Of a DNA stretch of 35,251 bases, positions 10,751 to 19,286 are shown one piece after another. The stretch comes from a virus (lineage: Duplodnaviria; Caudoviricetes). Below the pieces are notes generated by a model. That model did no database searches. It had not been told where the DNA came from and saw only the letters and a program-made list of their open reading frames with translations. Position 1 is the first letter of the stretch. Each line of letters opens with the position of its first letter. Both the position numbers and the translations under genes were made by a program. The stretch spans positions 1 to 35,251 of the IMG/VR virus record IMGVR_UViG_3300005573_000200; one strand, written 5' to 3'.

Positions 10751-11140
10751 ATGCAAGTAACATTTGATTTGGCAGCATTGCTTGGTCTTGGCGTTTCAGT
10801 TCTTACTATTATAGGATTGTTTATCGAGATTAGTCGATATCGAAAGGAGCGTGAAGAGATGATTCGTAAGCAAACGCAAGAGCAGGATAAAACAGATACA
10901 AAGATTGACCAGATACTTGCAATGTTGAAAGACCTTAAAGAAAACACATGCCTATTATATGAAGCTGTTATTCCATTGCTTGAAGGTCAGAAAGTTTCCT
11001 TAATGAAAATTGCTGAGATGGAATTGAATGGTGATATAAAAAAGGCTTTAGGTGATGTAACTGCAACACAAGATAAATTGATGAAGCATTTGACAAATTC
11101 ATCAGTTGGTGGAACATTCCAGAAGGAGGTTATGCATTGA
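10751..11140 (+). CDS. Putative holin/antiholin-like membrane protein (one N-terminal TM plus coiled coil)
   Basis: Hydrophobic LAALLGLGVSVLTIIGLFI followed by a charged coil; RBS aaggag; overlaps the endolysin start. Confidence 0.55.
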   Translation: MQVTFDLAALLGLGVSVLTIIGLFIEISRYRKEREEMIRKQTQEQDKTDTKIDQILAMLKDLKENTCLLYEAVIPLLEGQKVSLMKIAEMELNGDIKKALGDVTATQDKLMKHLTNSSVGGTFQKEVMH

Positions 11141-11622
11141 GTAGCAAAATTGAAGATTTAGACCTATGTTGCCAAGATGCAGCAAGAAAAACGCTTGATG
11201 CACTTAATGCTGATAGCGAGCTGAAAAACTCTGGTGTTGCTGGGTGGCTTGTCATAGAAACATTACGTCCTATCCAATCACAAATTGCTTACGCTTCACG
11301 ACTCATGGCTTCCTATGTTGAGCAAAAGTATCGTTCTGTTGCACTTGATTTTGTAAAAGCGTGCTACAAATTAGCAAATCTACAAGCTCCACCTGATGGT
11401 GAGTGTTTCAAACCAATTACTTGGACAATGAGAAGTAAGCATCTGGATGGATTAGCAATGGATATTGCACCACTCAAAGCTGATGGGAAAGTATGGTGGG
11501 ATGCACCAATGCATATCTGGATGAGAATGGCAACAATTGCTGAAAGTTATGGGTGGGAAGCTGGAGTTCGCTGGCCTGATGACCAGCAAGATTCACCTCA
11601 CTTGCAATGGAGAGAAAAATGA
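11137..11622 (+). CDS. Endolysin, peptidase M15 family (L-Ala-D-Glu peptidase-like)
   Basis: Zn-ligand motifs SKHLDGLAMD (SxHxxGxAxD) and DSPHLQ; ETLR motif; flanked by membrane protein genes. Confidence 0.88.
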   Translation: MSSKIEDLDLCCQDAARKTLDALNADSELKNSGVAGWLVIETLRPIQSQIAYASRLMASYVEQKYRSVALDFVKACYKLANLQAPPDGECFKPITWTMRSKHLDGLAMDIAPLKADGKVWWDAPMHIWMRMATIAESYGWEAGVRWPDDQQDSPHLQWREK

Positions 11623-11918
11623 GTGCTGGTTTTTTACAGGAGCAAGATGGTTCTAAATCTTCAAGAAGATTATTTGCACTTTACTTTGCATTGCTTTCTG
11701 GTGAGCTATTCAATGTAGGTGCATGGACTGGAAATATGGCTGGGGTATATGGTGGAATGTTCTGTGGGTTTGCTGTGTTAATTTTGAGTGGCTATACAAC
11801 AGTTAGTGAGATAAAAGGATTAGTTACTTCTATTAAATCCAACTATCCGGAAAAACAAGATAGTTCAGAGATTGCTCACTATGTTGATACTACATCAACA
11901 TATGAGCCAAAAAATTGA
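11619..11918 (+). CDS. Putative holin (two TM segments)
   Basis: Likely ATG at 11619 overlapping the endolysin stop (ATGA); DGSKSSRRL followed by two hydrophobic helices and a polar tail. Confidence 0.6.
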   Translation: MSAGFLQEQDGSKSSRRLFALYFALLSGELFNVGAWTGNMAGVYGGMFCGFAVLILSGYTTVSEIKGLVTSIKSNYPEKQDSSEIAHYVDTTSTYEPKN

Positions 11919-11936
11919 TGTTGTTGGAGGAATACT

Positions 11937-12170
11937 ATGAAAATTAAGCTGGTTTTTGATGATGGGACTGAAACTGAAATTACTGAGCAGGGGTTGAAAG
12001 AGTTAATGAAAGTATTAAAAGTATTAGGGGATGGAAATAATAAAGAGAAAACAGGAATACCATATGTTATCCCATGGTATCCAACTGAATACCCATATGG
12101 TACTTGGATAGGGCCAGATGGGACATCCCATTATGAAATTCATACACAAGAGTGCTGGGAGGTAACATGA
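11937..12170 (+). CDS. Hypothetical protein
   Basis: 77 aa ORF with strong RBS ggagga; stop overlaps the next start. Confidence 0.6.
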   Translation: MKIKLVFDDGTETEITEQGLKELMKVLKVLGDGNNKEKTGIPYVIPWYPTEYPYGTWIGPDGTSHYEIHTQECWEVT

Positions 12171-12718
12171 ATGAACTATGGAAGAAAATTCCGGTTACTA
12201 TTCGCTATGTTCTTATTGGGTTACTCATTGGCATTGCTATCAGCGCAGGAATCTTTACCATCATTACCAGAAACGAGTTATCTGCTCTCAGAGAGCGACA
12301 AGACAAAGTTATTGCAAGCCTTTCAGCTCTTGGCCGACAAATTGAAGACGGCAACACAAAACTTGCAAGCCTCGGAGCAAGCCTTGCAGGACTTGAAAAA
12401 TCAGTCAGCGATAACGGAACAGCAGTACAAAATATCGCAGGAAAAGTTAGTAGCATTGGAAACAGCATATCAGCAATTGACAAACGAATTGGACTCGTTG
12501 AAGCAAGAGAAGGCGATGTTACTCAGCGACTATCAGAACTTGCAAACAGCTTTAGCGAATTTGGAAAGCAAATATCAGGCTTTGGAGCAAGCATCGAATC
12601 AATTAAAACAGGATTATCAGGCATTACAGGAAGCCTACAAGACGCAAGTAGCATCGTTCAATACATTGAATCAATCATTCAAGGACTACCAGAAATCGGT
12701 TCAGGCACTAAAAAATAA
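12167..12718 (+). CDS. Putative inner-membrane spanin-like protein (N-terminal TM plus coiled coil)
   Basis: ATG at 12167 overlaps the upstream TGA; TM YVLIGLLIGIAISAGIFTII followed by a Ser/Gly-rich heptad coil; downstream of endolysin. Confidence 0.6.
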   Translation: MNELWKKIPVTIRYVLIGLLIGIAISAGIFTIITRNELSALRERQDKVIASLSALGRQIEDGNTKLASLGASLAGLEKSVSDNGTAVQNIAGKVSSIGNSISAIDKRIGLVEAREGDVTQRLSELANSFSEFGKQISGFGASIESIKTGLSGITGSLQDASSIVQYIESIIQGLPEIGSGTKK

Positions 12719-12791
12719 ATCGCTGATACTTGAAATCATCATTGCAGGATTAGCAGCAGGATGGCTACTTGATGTAGTTGGTGTGTTTTAG
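12171..12791 (+). CDS. Overlapping-frame exported coiled-coil protein with C-terminal TM (spanin-like partner)
   Basis: ATG 7 nt after GGAGGT; signal peptide ending ALLSA|QE with no Cys; Gln/Leu-rich heptads; C-terminal ILEIIIAGLAAGWLLDVVGVF. Confidence 0.65.
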   Translation: MNYGRKFRLLFAMFLLGYSLALLSAQESLPSLPETSYLLSESDKTKLLQAFQLLADKLKTATQNLQASEQALQDLKNQSAITEQQYKISQEKLVALETAYQQLTNELDSLKQEKAMLLSDYQNLQTALANLESKYQALEQASNQLKQDYQALQEAYKTQVASFNTLNQSFKDYQKSVQALKNKSLILEIIIAGLAAGWLLDVVGVF

Positions 12792-12829
12792 ATAGTACAT
12801 ATAATCGTAAACAAAAGGAGAAAAACAGG

Positions 12830-13318
12830 ATGCTATTCATACGAATAGAAAGAAATGTAAAGTCATATGAGTACAAGCAGAATCCAAAAGCAGAAAGTAG
12901 TTATCTAAATAATACAAAAAACAACTTCCTAGATAAATTTGAACTATTTGATGATGAAGCATTACTGTTTGAAGCAAAATGCCAATCTGTAGCTAACTCT
13001 CCAAAAGCAAGATTTTCCAATACTATAGCGGCAGGGCAATTCAATCTTGTGTGTTTTATCAATTTACATAAAGCTAACTATGTAGCTCATGGTATTTGCA
13101 ATACTTCAACACTTGGCTATGAATGGTTAAGTGAAAAAACAGTGAATGAAGACTTCAGCCACAGTATTCACAATAATGAAGAAATGCAGCCAGTGATATG
13201 GAGTACTGGTGATATTATTCTTCATAGAAGTGATTTTGAAGCATTGAATACTATTCTTACAGCATACCATATTACACCATATACATTACTTGATGGGGAA
13301 ATTGTAGACATAGAATAA
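12830..13318 (+). CDS. Hypothetical protein, possibly degenerate L,D-transpeptidase-like fold
   Basis: RBS aaggag; NTIAAGQF ... IH ... WSTGDIIL resembles the H...SxGC motif but has Asp in place of Cys. Confidence 0.45.
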   Translation: MLFIRIERNVKSYEYKQNPKAESSYLNNTKNNFLDKFELFDDEALLFEAKCQSVANSPKARFSNTIAAGQFNLVCFINLHKANYVAHGICNTSTLGYEWLSEKTVNEDFSHSIHNNEEMQPVIWSTGDIILHRSDFEALNTILTAYHITPYTLLDGEIVDIE

Positions 13319-13330
13319 CATGGAGGAATC

Positions 13331-14314
13331 ATGCCAAAATCAACTATTATTGGTGATATTGTAAAAGAATATTTAACAAAATATCCTTATTCAAGCACAC
13401 GATATATAGCAAAATTGATATATAAAGAAGTGCCACAGCTTTTCAAAGAAGAAGAATCAGCCCGCCTTATTGTGCGGTACTATCGAGGTGTTGCTGGGGA
13501 AACAAACAGAAAAAAGTTAAGCCCATTTTCATATAAACCACAGATTGTGCTTCCTGAACCTGATGAAGATGATAGTTATGAACCCTATTTACTGGAAGGT
13601 GATGTTTACCCAATTCTTGTTGGAGCTGATGCCCATATGCCATTTCATAATCAAGATGCAGTGGAAATGTTCTTTGATTATGGATTGAAAATCAAGCCGA
13701 AAACCATTTTGCTTCTTGGTGATTGGCTTGATTTTTATTTGCTTTCCCATTGGGTTACTGACCCTAGAAAACGAAATGCAGAAGATGAATTAGCAATGTT
13801 CAATAAGCTACTCACACAAGTACGAACTACATTTCCAGATGTAAAGATAGTATTCAAGTATGGCAACCATGAAGAACGATGGGATGATTATGTAAAAACA
13901 CATGCTCCTGAAATATTCCATGTTCCTACAACACATCTTAGAGCACAGCTTGACTTTGATGCACTTAATATTGATGTTGTGAGCGATAAACGTATTATAA
14001 AAGCTGGGCATCTCTACATCATTCATGGGCACGAGTACAAATTCAATATATCGAATCCAGTTAACCCTGCACGTGGGCTATACTTACGGGCAAAGAAATC
14101 AGCAATGTGTGGGCATTTTCATCAAACATCTGAACACACAGAATCAGCTATCAATGGGGACATAGTTACTTGCTGGAGCATTGGTGCATTGTGTGGGCTA
14201 CATCCTGAATACATGCCACTCAATCGCTGGAATCTTGGTTTTGCTACAGTAGATATGGTTAATAACTCTTTTGTTGTATCAAACAAAAGAATTATTAACA
14301 ATAAGCTAGTGTAA
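13331..14314 (+). CDS. Calcineurin-like metallophosphoesterase with N-terminal helical domain
   Basis: Motifs DAH, GDWLD, GNHE, HGH and GHFH in canonical order. Confidence 0.88.
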   Translation: MPKSTIIGDIVKEYLTKYPYSSTRYIAKLIYKEVPQLFKEEESARLIVRYYRGVAGETNRKKLSPFSYKPQIVLPEPDEDDSYEPYLLEGDVYPILVGADAHMPFHNQDAVEMFFDYGLKIKPKTILLLGDWLDFYLLSHWVTDPRKRNAEDELAMFNKLLTQVRTTFPDVKIVFKYGNHEERWDDYVKTHAPEIFHVPTTHLRAQLDFDALNIDVVSDKRIIKAGHLYIIHGHEYKFNISNPVNPARGLYLRAKKSAMCGHFHQTSEHTESAINGDIVTCWSIGALCGLHPEYMPLNRWNLGFATVDMVNNSFVVSNKRIINNKLV

Positions 14315-14315
14315 A

Positions 14316-14344
14316 AGTTCAAAGAATTTCGCTACCTTTGAACT
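14316..14344. terminator. Probable bidirectional terminator at convergence of the two gene arms
   Basis: Inverted repeat agttcaaag (14316-14324) / ctttgaact (14336-14344) in the 31-bp gap between convergent stops. Confidence 0.55.
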
Positions 14345-14345
14345 A

Positions 14346-14555
14346 TTATAGTCCCGATGCTTGGAGCGGGTCATCTCCAAGCTCTTTTATTGGTACATAT
14401 GGTATGTAATTTTTACATGGTGATTTTTGTTTTTTCCAATCAATCCAAAAGTCAGAATCTTCATCATCAGTATTTCTAACAAGTCTTTTGCATGTTATAC
14501 ATTGGCTGATATTCTTTCTATTCCCCATACACCTATTCAATGTTTGTAAACTCAT
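14346..14555 (-). CDS. Small Cys-rich hypothetical protein
   Basis: 69 aa, C-x9-CxxC...C, RBS aaggag. Confidence 0.55.
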   Translation of the reverse strand: MSLQTLNRCMGNRKNISQCITCKRLVRNTDDEDSDFWIDWKKQKSPCKNYIPYVPIKELGDDPLQASGL

Positions 14556-15203
14556 TTAATTCTCCTTTACAGTGCTTACTCCATAGGTAGCACCATCAAT
14601 CTCTTCATTTTCTTTTACCACAACAAATGTCTTGTCGGCAATATCTTGCACAAACTCAACATTGTTACTGCTGTTTGAAATAATAATGAATTGAAGTGAT
14701 AATCGTTTTGAAAGTTCCTTTATCACTTGCCACGCCGTTTCCTGCAACGCCGGCGGCTGTATCTTTTGAATCGGCTCATCAAGAATCAGTACATTATCAG
14801 TTTTGCCCAATGACCATGCAGCAATCCGAAGTGCAAGTGAAGCCATATCAACAACACCACCACCTGTTGCTCCATAAGGCCCAACTTCTATCTGATGCCC
14901 ATTCTTTTTGAATACAAATGATGCTTCAGTTTTCTTGTACTTCACTACAAACTCAAGGGAAAAAGTGTATTCATCAGGAAATAGTGCATTTAGCCCAAGG
15001 TTTACTACGTTCTCAATATGAAATTTGAGCTGTTCCTGCGTCTTTTGAGCAACCGTTTGAATGAATGCTTGTGCTTTTTCAAGTGCAATCAATGATTCTT
15101 TCTTGTTATTCATAACAAATTGCTTGTCTGAAAATTGGTTCATAAGGAGTGTCTTTCTACCTTCTGCACGAGCAATCTTCAGCTTATAATCTTCAAGTAT
15201 CAT
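14556..15203 (-). CDS. Rad50/SbcC-like ATPase, C-terminal half
   Basis: Coiled coil, signature-like TGGGVVDMASLALRIA and Walker B LILDEP; no Walker A. Likely ATG at 15203 overlapping the upstream stop. Confidence 0.85.
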   Translation of the reverse strand: MILEDYKLKIARAEGRKTLLMNQFSDKQFVMNNKKESLIALEKAQAFIQTVAQKTQEQLKFHIENVVNLGLNALFPDEYTFSLEFVVKYKKTEASFVFKKNGHQIEVGPYGATGGGVVDMASLALRIAAWSLGKTDNVLILDEPIQKIQPPALQETAWQVIKELSKRLSLQFIIISNSSNNVEFVQDIADKTFVVVKENEEIDGATYGVSTVKEN

Positions 15204-15442
15204 ATAGCACCCCAATCAGTAATTGTTTCAAGTTTATCAAGCAATTCTTGTTTTTCTTCTTTTTTCTCCTTGATGGATGCTTCAATTTCTTCCAGCTTTT
15301 TGAGGCATTCTTCATCATCATTGATAGAAAACTCTCTCTTCCATCGAGAACGAATGTCATCAGTAAGAGCTGATGCTTTGATGTTCTCTTCCTTCATCTT
15401 TGCAATTTTCTGCTTGATTGCTTCGAATGTTCTTGTGTCCAT
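15200..15442 (-). CDS. Small coiled-coil protein within the SbcCD cluster
   Basis: 80 aa Lys/Glu-rich heptads; RBS ggagga. Confidence 0.7.
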   Translation of the reverse strand: MDTRTFEAIKQKIAKMKEENIKASALTDDIRSRWKREFSINDDEECLKKLEEIEASIKEKKEEKQELLDKLETITDWGAI

Positions 15443-15446
15443 TGTG

Positions 15447-16358
15447 TTAGTCCTCCTTTACTTCTTCTTTTGCTTTCTGCACCAATGTATGTATCATTGC
15501 AATAGTTGCTTCATCAAGTGTAGCCTTATTTTCGCTAATTGCCCTTTCAATATTATCTTCTATTGATAGTGTAAAGTTATCCATGCTTTTTGCCATTTCT
15601 ACAAATGCACTAATTCTATCTTCCCTATCTTCTTCAGCTTTAATGTAGGAATCAGTAACAAGTGCAATGTTATCTTCAATGGCAATTTTTTCAATAACCT
15701 CCTTTTCTGTATCAATATAGTAGACAACTGGTTGCTCCATCTCATTTACTTTTTGTCGGTTGAAGTGCCCAGCATTGACCAAATACCGTCCATCTTTTGA
15801 CTTGTACACAAACGATTTGTGCATATCTCCAGTAAATATCCATTTATAGTTTGTAAGTGCATCAAGAAATTCTTGTGCAGTAATTGATTCTCCATTAGGG
15901 GGCATATCTTCTGCACTTTCAAACACAAGCTGATGGGTGAAAAGACAATCACTATTAGGATGCTGAACTTCCTGCCCAAAATGATTATAAGCTACATCAA
16001 GTTCTTTCATTGGTCTAAGATAAGGGCTTTCCATATTCTCTGCAATATGATAGGGGATACTGATGGTAGATTCTTCAAGATGTTCCATTGAATGCCCATA
16101 CAAATCATGGTTTCCAATGATGAAGTACACCCCATACCTTACATGGGTAGTAAATTCAAGAAACATAGAGGAAACTATTTCTGGAACGATAGCACTATTG
16201 AATAAATCCCCACCAATAATGATTGGGCATTTTCGTTTGTTTGCTTCTTCTGCAAGTTGATAGAGTTGATTTTGTTGTGTTTTCATCCAATCACTATCAA
16301 GTCTGCATCGTGGCCTATTTGCACGAAGGTGCATATCTGCGGTAAAGATAAATTTCAT
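15447..16358 (-). CDS. Mre11/SbcD-like (gp47-like) nuclease
   Basis: Likely ATG at 16358 (MKFIFTADMHL); motifs DxH, GGDLF, GNHD, HQ, GDMH, VNAG. Confidence 0.9.
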   Translation of the reverse strand: MKFIFTADMHLRANRPRCRLDSDWMKTQQNQLYQLAEEANKRKCPIIIGGDLFNSAIVPEIVSSMFLEFTTHVRYGVYFIIGNHDLYGHSMEHLEESTISIPYHIAENMESPYLRPMKELDVAYNHFGQEVQHPNSDCLFTHQLVFESAEDMPPNGESITAQEFLDALTNYKWIFTGDMHKSFVYKSKDGRYLVNAGHFNRQKVNEMEQPVVYYIDTEKEVIEKIAIEDNIALVTDSYIKAEEDREDRISAFVEMAKSMDNFTLSIEDNIERAISENKATLDEATIAMIHTLVQKAKEEVKED

Positions 16359-17431
16359 ATTGCACTCCCATTCTTTAATTGTGCCCCACAATATGGGCAG
16401 GTATCAGGTAGTGATTTTTCAAGCTCATGTAGTTTTTCAGTGTTTATCTTGATTGTTTCATTCATATCAATGTACTTCTCATATAAATCATAGAGTGTCT
16501 CATAAAGCTGTGTTTCCTGTTCAATTTTATCTGAAAGCTCATCAATGCTTTCAACTATTTTTGCGGCTTTTTGCGCTTTTTTTGCGCTTGTGAGTATATG
16601 CTGTTGCTCTTGATATGTGCTATAGAGTGATTGCAAAGTATCATATTCTTCTATTTCTTCCTCAATAGCTTCCGTAAGAGTATCAATTTTCTCAACAAGA
16701 GCAACAGCAGAATGCTCAATAGTTTGTGCAATAGATAACTTTTCCTGTGCTTTTGTGTAAGTTGTAAGCATTTCTTGCAGTGTGGTATATATTGTACTAT
16801 CTGCTTCAATTGCTGTTTCAAGTGCATATATTTGAGTTAGCAATTCTTTTGCAGAAGGAATCCAACTATAGGAATCAATCTGTGCCTGCATACGTTGTAG
16901 CTCATGTTCACTTTCCTGAATCTCTTGATTGGTTCTTCTGCGTAGAATCTCTGCTGTGCTTTGAATTTTATCAATCAGCTCAAGATGGATAATTCTGTTC
17001 AAAAACCTTGCTACATCTGCTCCACTATCTCCAAGCAAAAATGGCTTATCAAACTGATACTGAACATTTACATCACTAAGATTCAATTTTTCTAGTACAG
17101 CATCAGGAACAGTTTGCCCAACGGCTTCAAGTACTGTTTCATCTAGTTCATAGCCATTGAAATCACCTGAACGCTTTCGCTTTATTCTTATGCCATTATC
17201 CATTTCAAGAATAACAAACGTGGGCTTTACTGCTTTATCGTTCCTATCTCTGTTCCAAAAACTAACCATGCTCGTTCCAGATGGCTTATTTTTGTGAACC
17301 CAGTAAATACCACGAACAATGCTTGACTTACCATTATCGCTCTTTCCTGATATAATATTTACTCCACTACTCAACTCAAGTTTTGTATCTTTGTGAGATT
17401 CAAAATTTCTAAGATGAATATTCTTAATCAA
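16355..17431 (-). CDS. Rad50/SbcC-like ATPase, N-terminal half ending at zinc hook
   Basis: IHLRNFESH, Walker A GKSDNGKSS, Q-loop QYQFD, coiled coil, terminal CPYCG; TTG start with aggaggt. Confidence 0.9.
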   Translation of the reverse strand: MIKNIHLRNFESHKDTKLELSSGVNIISGKSDNGKSSIVRGIYWVHKNKPSGTSMVSFWNRDRNDKAVKPTFVILEMDNGIRIKRKRSGDFNGYELDETVLEAVGQTVPDAVLEKLNLSDVNVQYQFDKPFLLGDSGADVARFLNRIIHLELIDKIQSTAEILRRRTNQEIQESEHELQRMQAQIDSYSWIPSAKELLTQIYALETAIEADSTIYTTLQEMLTTYTKAQEKLSIAQTIEHSAVALVEKIDTLTEAIEEEIEEYDTLQSLYSTYQEQQHILTSAKKAQKAAKIVESIDELSDKIEQETQLYETLYDLYEKYIDMNETIKINTEKLHELEKSLPDTCPYCGAQLKNGSAI

Positions 17432-17450
17432 GGTGTACCTCCTTTCTCTA

Positions 17451-17468
17451 ACTATATTATATCACATT
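17451..17468 (-). promoter_or_regulatory. Extended -10 promoter motif AATGTGATATAATATAGT
   Basis: Identical 18-mer at 24477 and 24598 and a 16-nt match at 34298; contains TGnTATAAT; just upstream of the RBS. Confidence 0.75.
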
Positions 17469-17928
17469 ATGCTCCGTTTTCACGAATTTTGTTTAATTTT
17501 TCTTCAAGTTTTTTCTTTACTCTGGGGTCATTGATATACAGCCAATGATTGCTTTTTTCATACTCACTACGAATCTCTGATTCCCATTCAAGAAAATACT
17601 TTTCAAGCTCATCAACAAACATTTTCTTGAATCTTACTATTGGTAAGTACAATACATTGGAAGGTTGTGGCAATTCTCCTATGCATAACTCCCATGCCGT
17701 ATTGATAAGCTGTGCTGCTTTTCTTCGTTCATAATCAATACCGAACGAAGTTTTTCCTGTACATGGGTCAATATAATGTGGCTCTTTCTCATACTGTTCT
17801 TTTGTTATTTTCATTGGTGTTATTGTAACAGTATGATTGCTATATATGTCATCAAGAATACTGATAATTTTTATGGTATCATACTCAACATAGTAGATGG
17901 TATCAATGCATATTTTGTATGCTCTCAT
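17467..17928 (-). CDS. Hypothetical protein
   Basis: 153 aa ORF with RBS aagga in a co-oriented gene run. Confidence 0.6.
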   Translation of the reverse strand: MRAYKICIDTIYYVEYDTIKIISILDDIYSNHTVTITPMKITKEQYEKEPHYIDPCTGKTSFGIDYERRKAAQLINTAWELCIGELPQPSNVLYLPIVRFKKMFVDELEKYFLEWESEIRSEYEKSNHWLYINDPRVKKKLEEKLNKIRENGA

Positions 17929-17939
17929 TGTTGTTTCCT

Positions 17940-19286
17940 TTATTTCATAAGAGGAACAAGCTTTTTTATTCGTTCAATATTCTTATCCAAATCTATTTCT
18001 GCTGCCCGTTTCAATCCTTTCGTTTTGCATATTAAACATGCTTCACCAGTATAATCTTTATCATCATCAGCTTCCATTATGCTTTTGCAATATGGGCACA
18101 TCCATTTCCGAAGATGAGCTTTGATATATTGTGTAATATCTTCAACTGGGTTTACTGTTTCAACAAATAATTTCCCACCATGATTTTCTTCTACAACAAA
18201 GCAAGCAATTGTTGCAAGGTATCTATCGGTTATTCTTTGAATAACTAATGATGATTGCTTTGGATAATCATAGCCTTGCTTTCGTATAAGTTTCTTGATG
18301 TCAGTATAAGGAATTTCAGTGATTGTTCCGTGGTCAGTTGTGTAAATTGTTTTTCCACATAATCTCCATGCTGAGATAAAGTTCTTTTTGTAGTAAATAT
18401 GCACTTTTTCTGAAAGCACACCATTGAAACTTACAACAGTATTATCATTCTTTGTATACGGATGTGGAATTTCATCCCAAAGTTTTTCCCATGTTTCAAT
18501 ACCATAATCATGTGGGTTTACAACCATCCCTTTGTATGCTTCTTTCAGTTTTGCTTCAGTAAATCGTTCTTTATTATCAGGAAACCCAAAATCACAGCCA
18601 GCAAGAAAGATAGTGCCATAGCCAAGCATGTCAGCAACAAATAGTTGCATTGGCGGTGAACATGCAAACAATGCAAATTCAGTTCGTATGAGAAATCTGA
18701 ATTGTGGATAGCGTATTCCCTGTCCAGTATCTTCACGTTTTGTATACATACTTTTCAATGTATCTTTATAGAATGAGTGCTCTTTCCCATTACTTTGAAT
18801 GTAAAGAAGCAGTTCATTCGGCCATTTCTCAATTAAATCTGGATATACTGTTGGTGTAGCAACCAGTTTTGTATTTGTTTTTGACCAATCAACATCTTCA
18901 ATTTCACTATACATACAGAATGGGTCAAGGGCAACAATATGAGTGGGTATAATGCCGTGTCGTACAAGTGTTACTGCATGACTTGTAGTACAGAATATTC
19001 CACCTTTCCAGTCCTTCAAATACTTTATGCTTTTATCAAGTGAAGGCCCAGAACCAATAATAATTGCTGGCGGTTTTTCTTTTCCAATACCAACTGCTTT
19101 TGGTTCATCTGCAATATCTCTTGCACGACCTTCACTTATTGCTGTAACAATAGGTTGCCAATTTGTTGCTGCATTCAATAATTCATGGATAAGTTGCATC
19201 CTCATAGTTACATCATTATACTGAGATGAATTGAGTTTTTCACTTGCCTCATCTGGAAGATTCACAATATCAGATTGCTCACTCAT
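17940..19286 (-). CDS. Maf (motility accessory factor)/MptE-like DUF115 domain glycosyltransferase with C-terminal zinc ribbon
   Basis: AIIIGSGPSL, LVRHGIIPTHIVALDP and LGYGTIFLAGCDFGF are hallmark MAF_flag10/DUF115 motifs; C-terminal CPYC...CLIC. Confidence 0.82.
   Translation of the reverse strand: MSEQSDIVNLPDEASEKLNSSQYNDVTMRMQLIHELLNAATNWQPIVTAISEGRARDIADEPKAVGIGKEKPPAIIIGSGPSLDKSIKYLKDWKGGIFCTTSHAVTLVRHGIIPTHIVALDPFCMYSEIEDVDWSKTNTKLVATPTVYPDLIEKWPNELLLYIQSNGKEHSFYKDTLKSMYTKREDTGQGIRYPQFRFLIRTEFALFACSPPMQLFVADMLGYGTIFLAGCDFGFPDNKERFTEAKLKEAYKGMVVNPHDYGIETWEKLWDEIPHPYTKNDNTVVSFNGVLSEKVHIYYKKNFISAWRLCGKTIYTTDHGTITEIPYTDIKKLIRKQGYDYPKQSSLVIQRITDRYLATIACFVVEENHGGKLFVETVNPVEDITQYIKAHLRKWMCPYCKSIMEADDDKDYTGEACLICKTKGLKRAAEIDLDKNIERIKKLVPLMK

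Noticed and set aside
28-10947. Minus-strand ORFs opposite the tail genes (e.g. 28..414, 3248..3709, 4746..5300, 10024..10395)
   Set aside because: Antisense shadows of long coding frames with low-complexity Ser/Phe/Leu products and no recognisable motifs.
12171-12260. Canonical o-spanin lipoprotein
   Set aside because: No cysteine anywhere in the ORF, so no lipobox.
17940-19286. Folate-pathway MptE kinase
   Set aside because: Same domain family, but the 448-aa length and adjacency to a CMP-nonulosonate synthetase favour a Maf-type transferase; no pterin genes are nearby.
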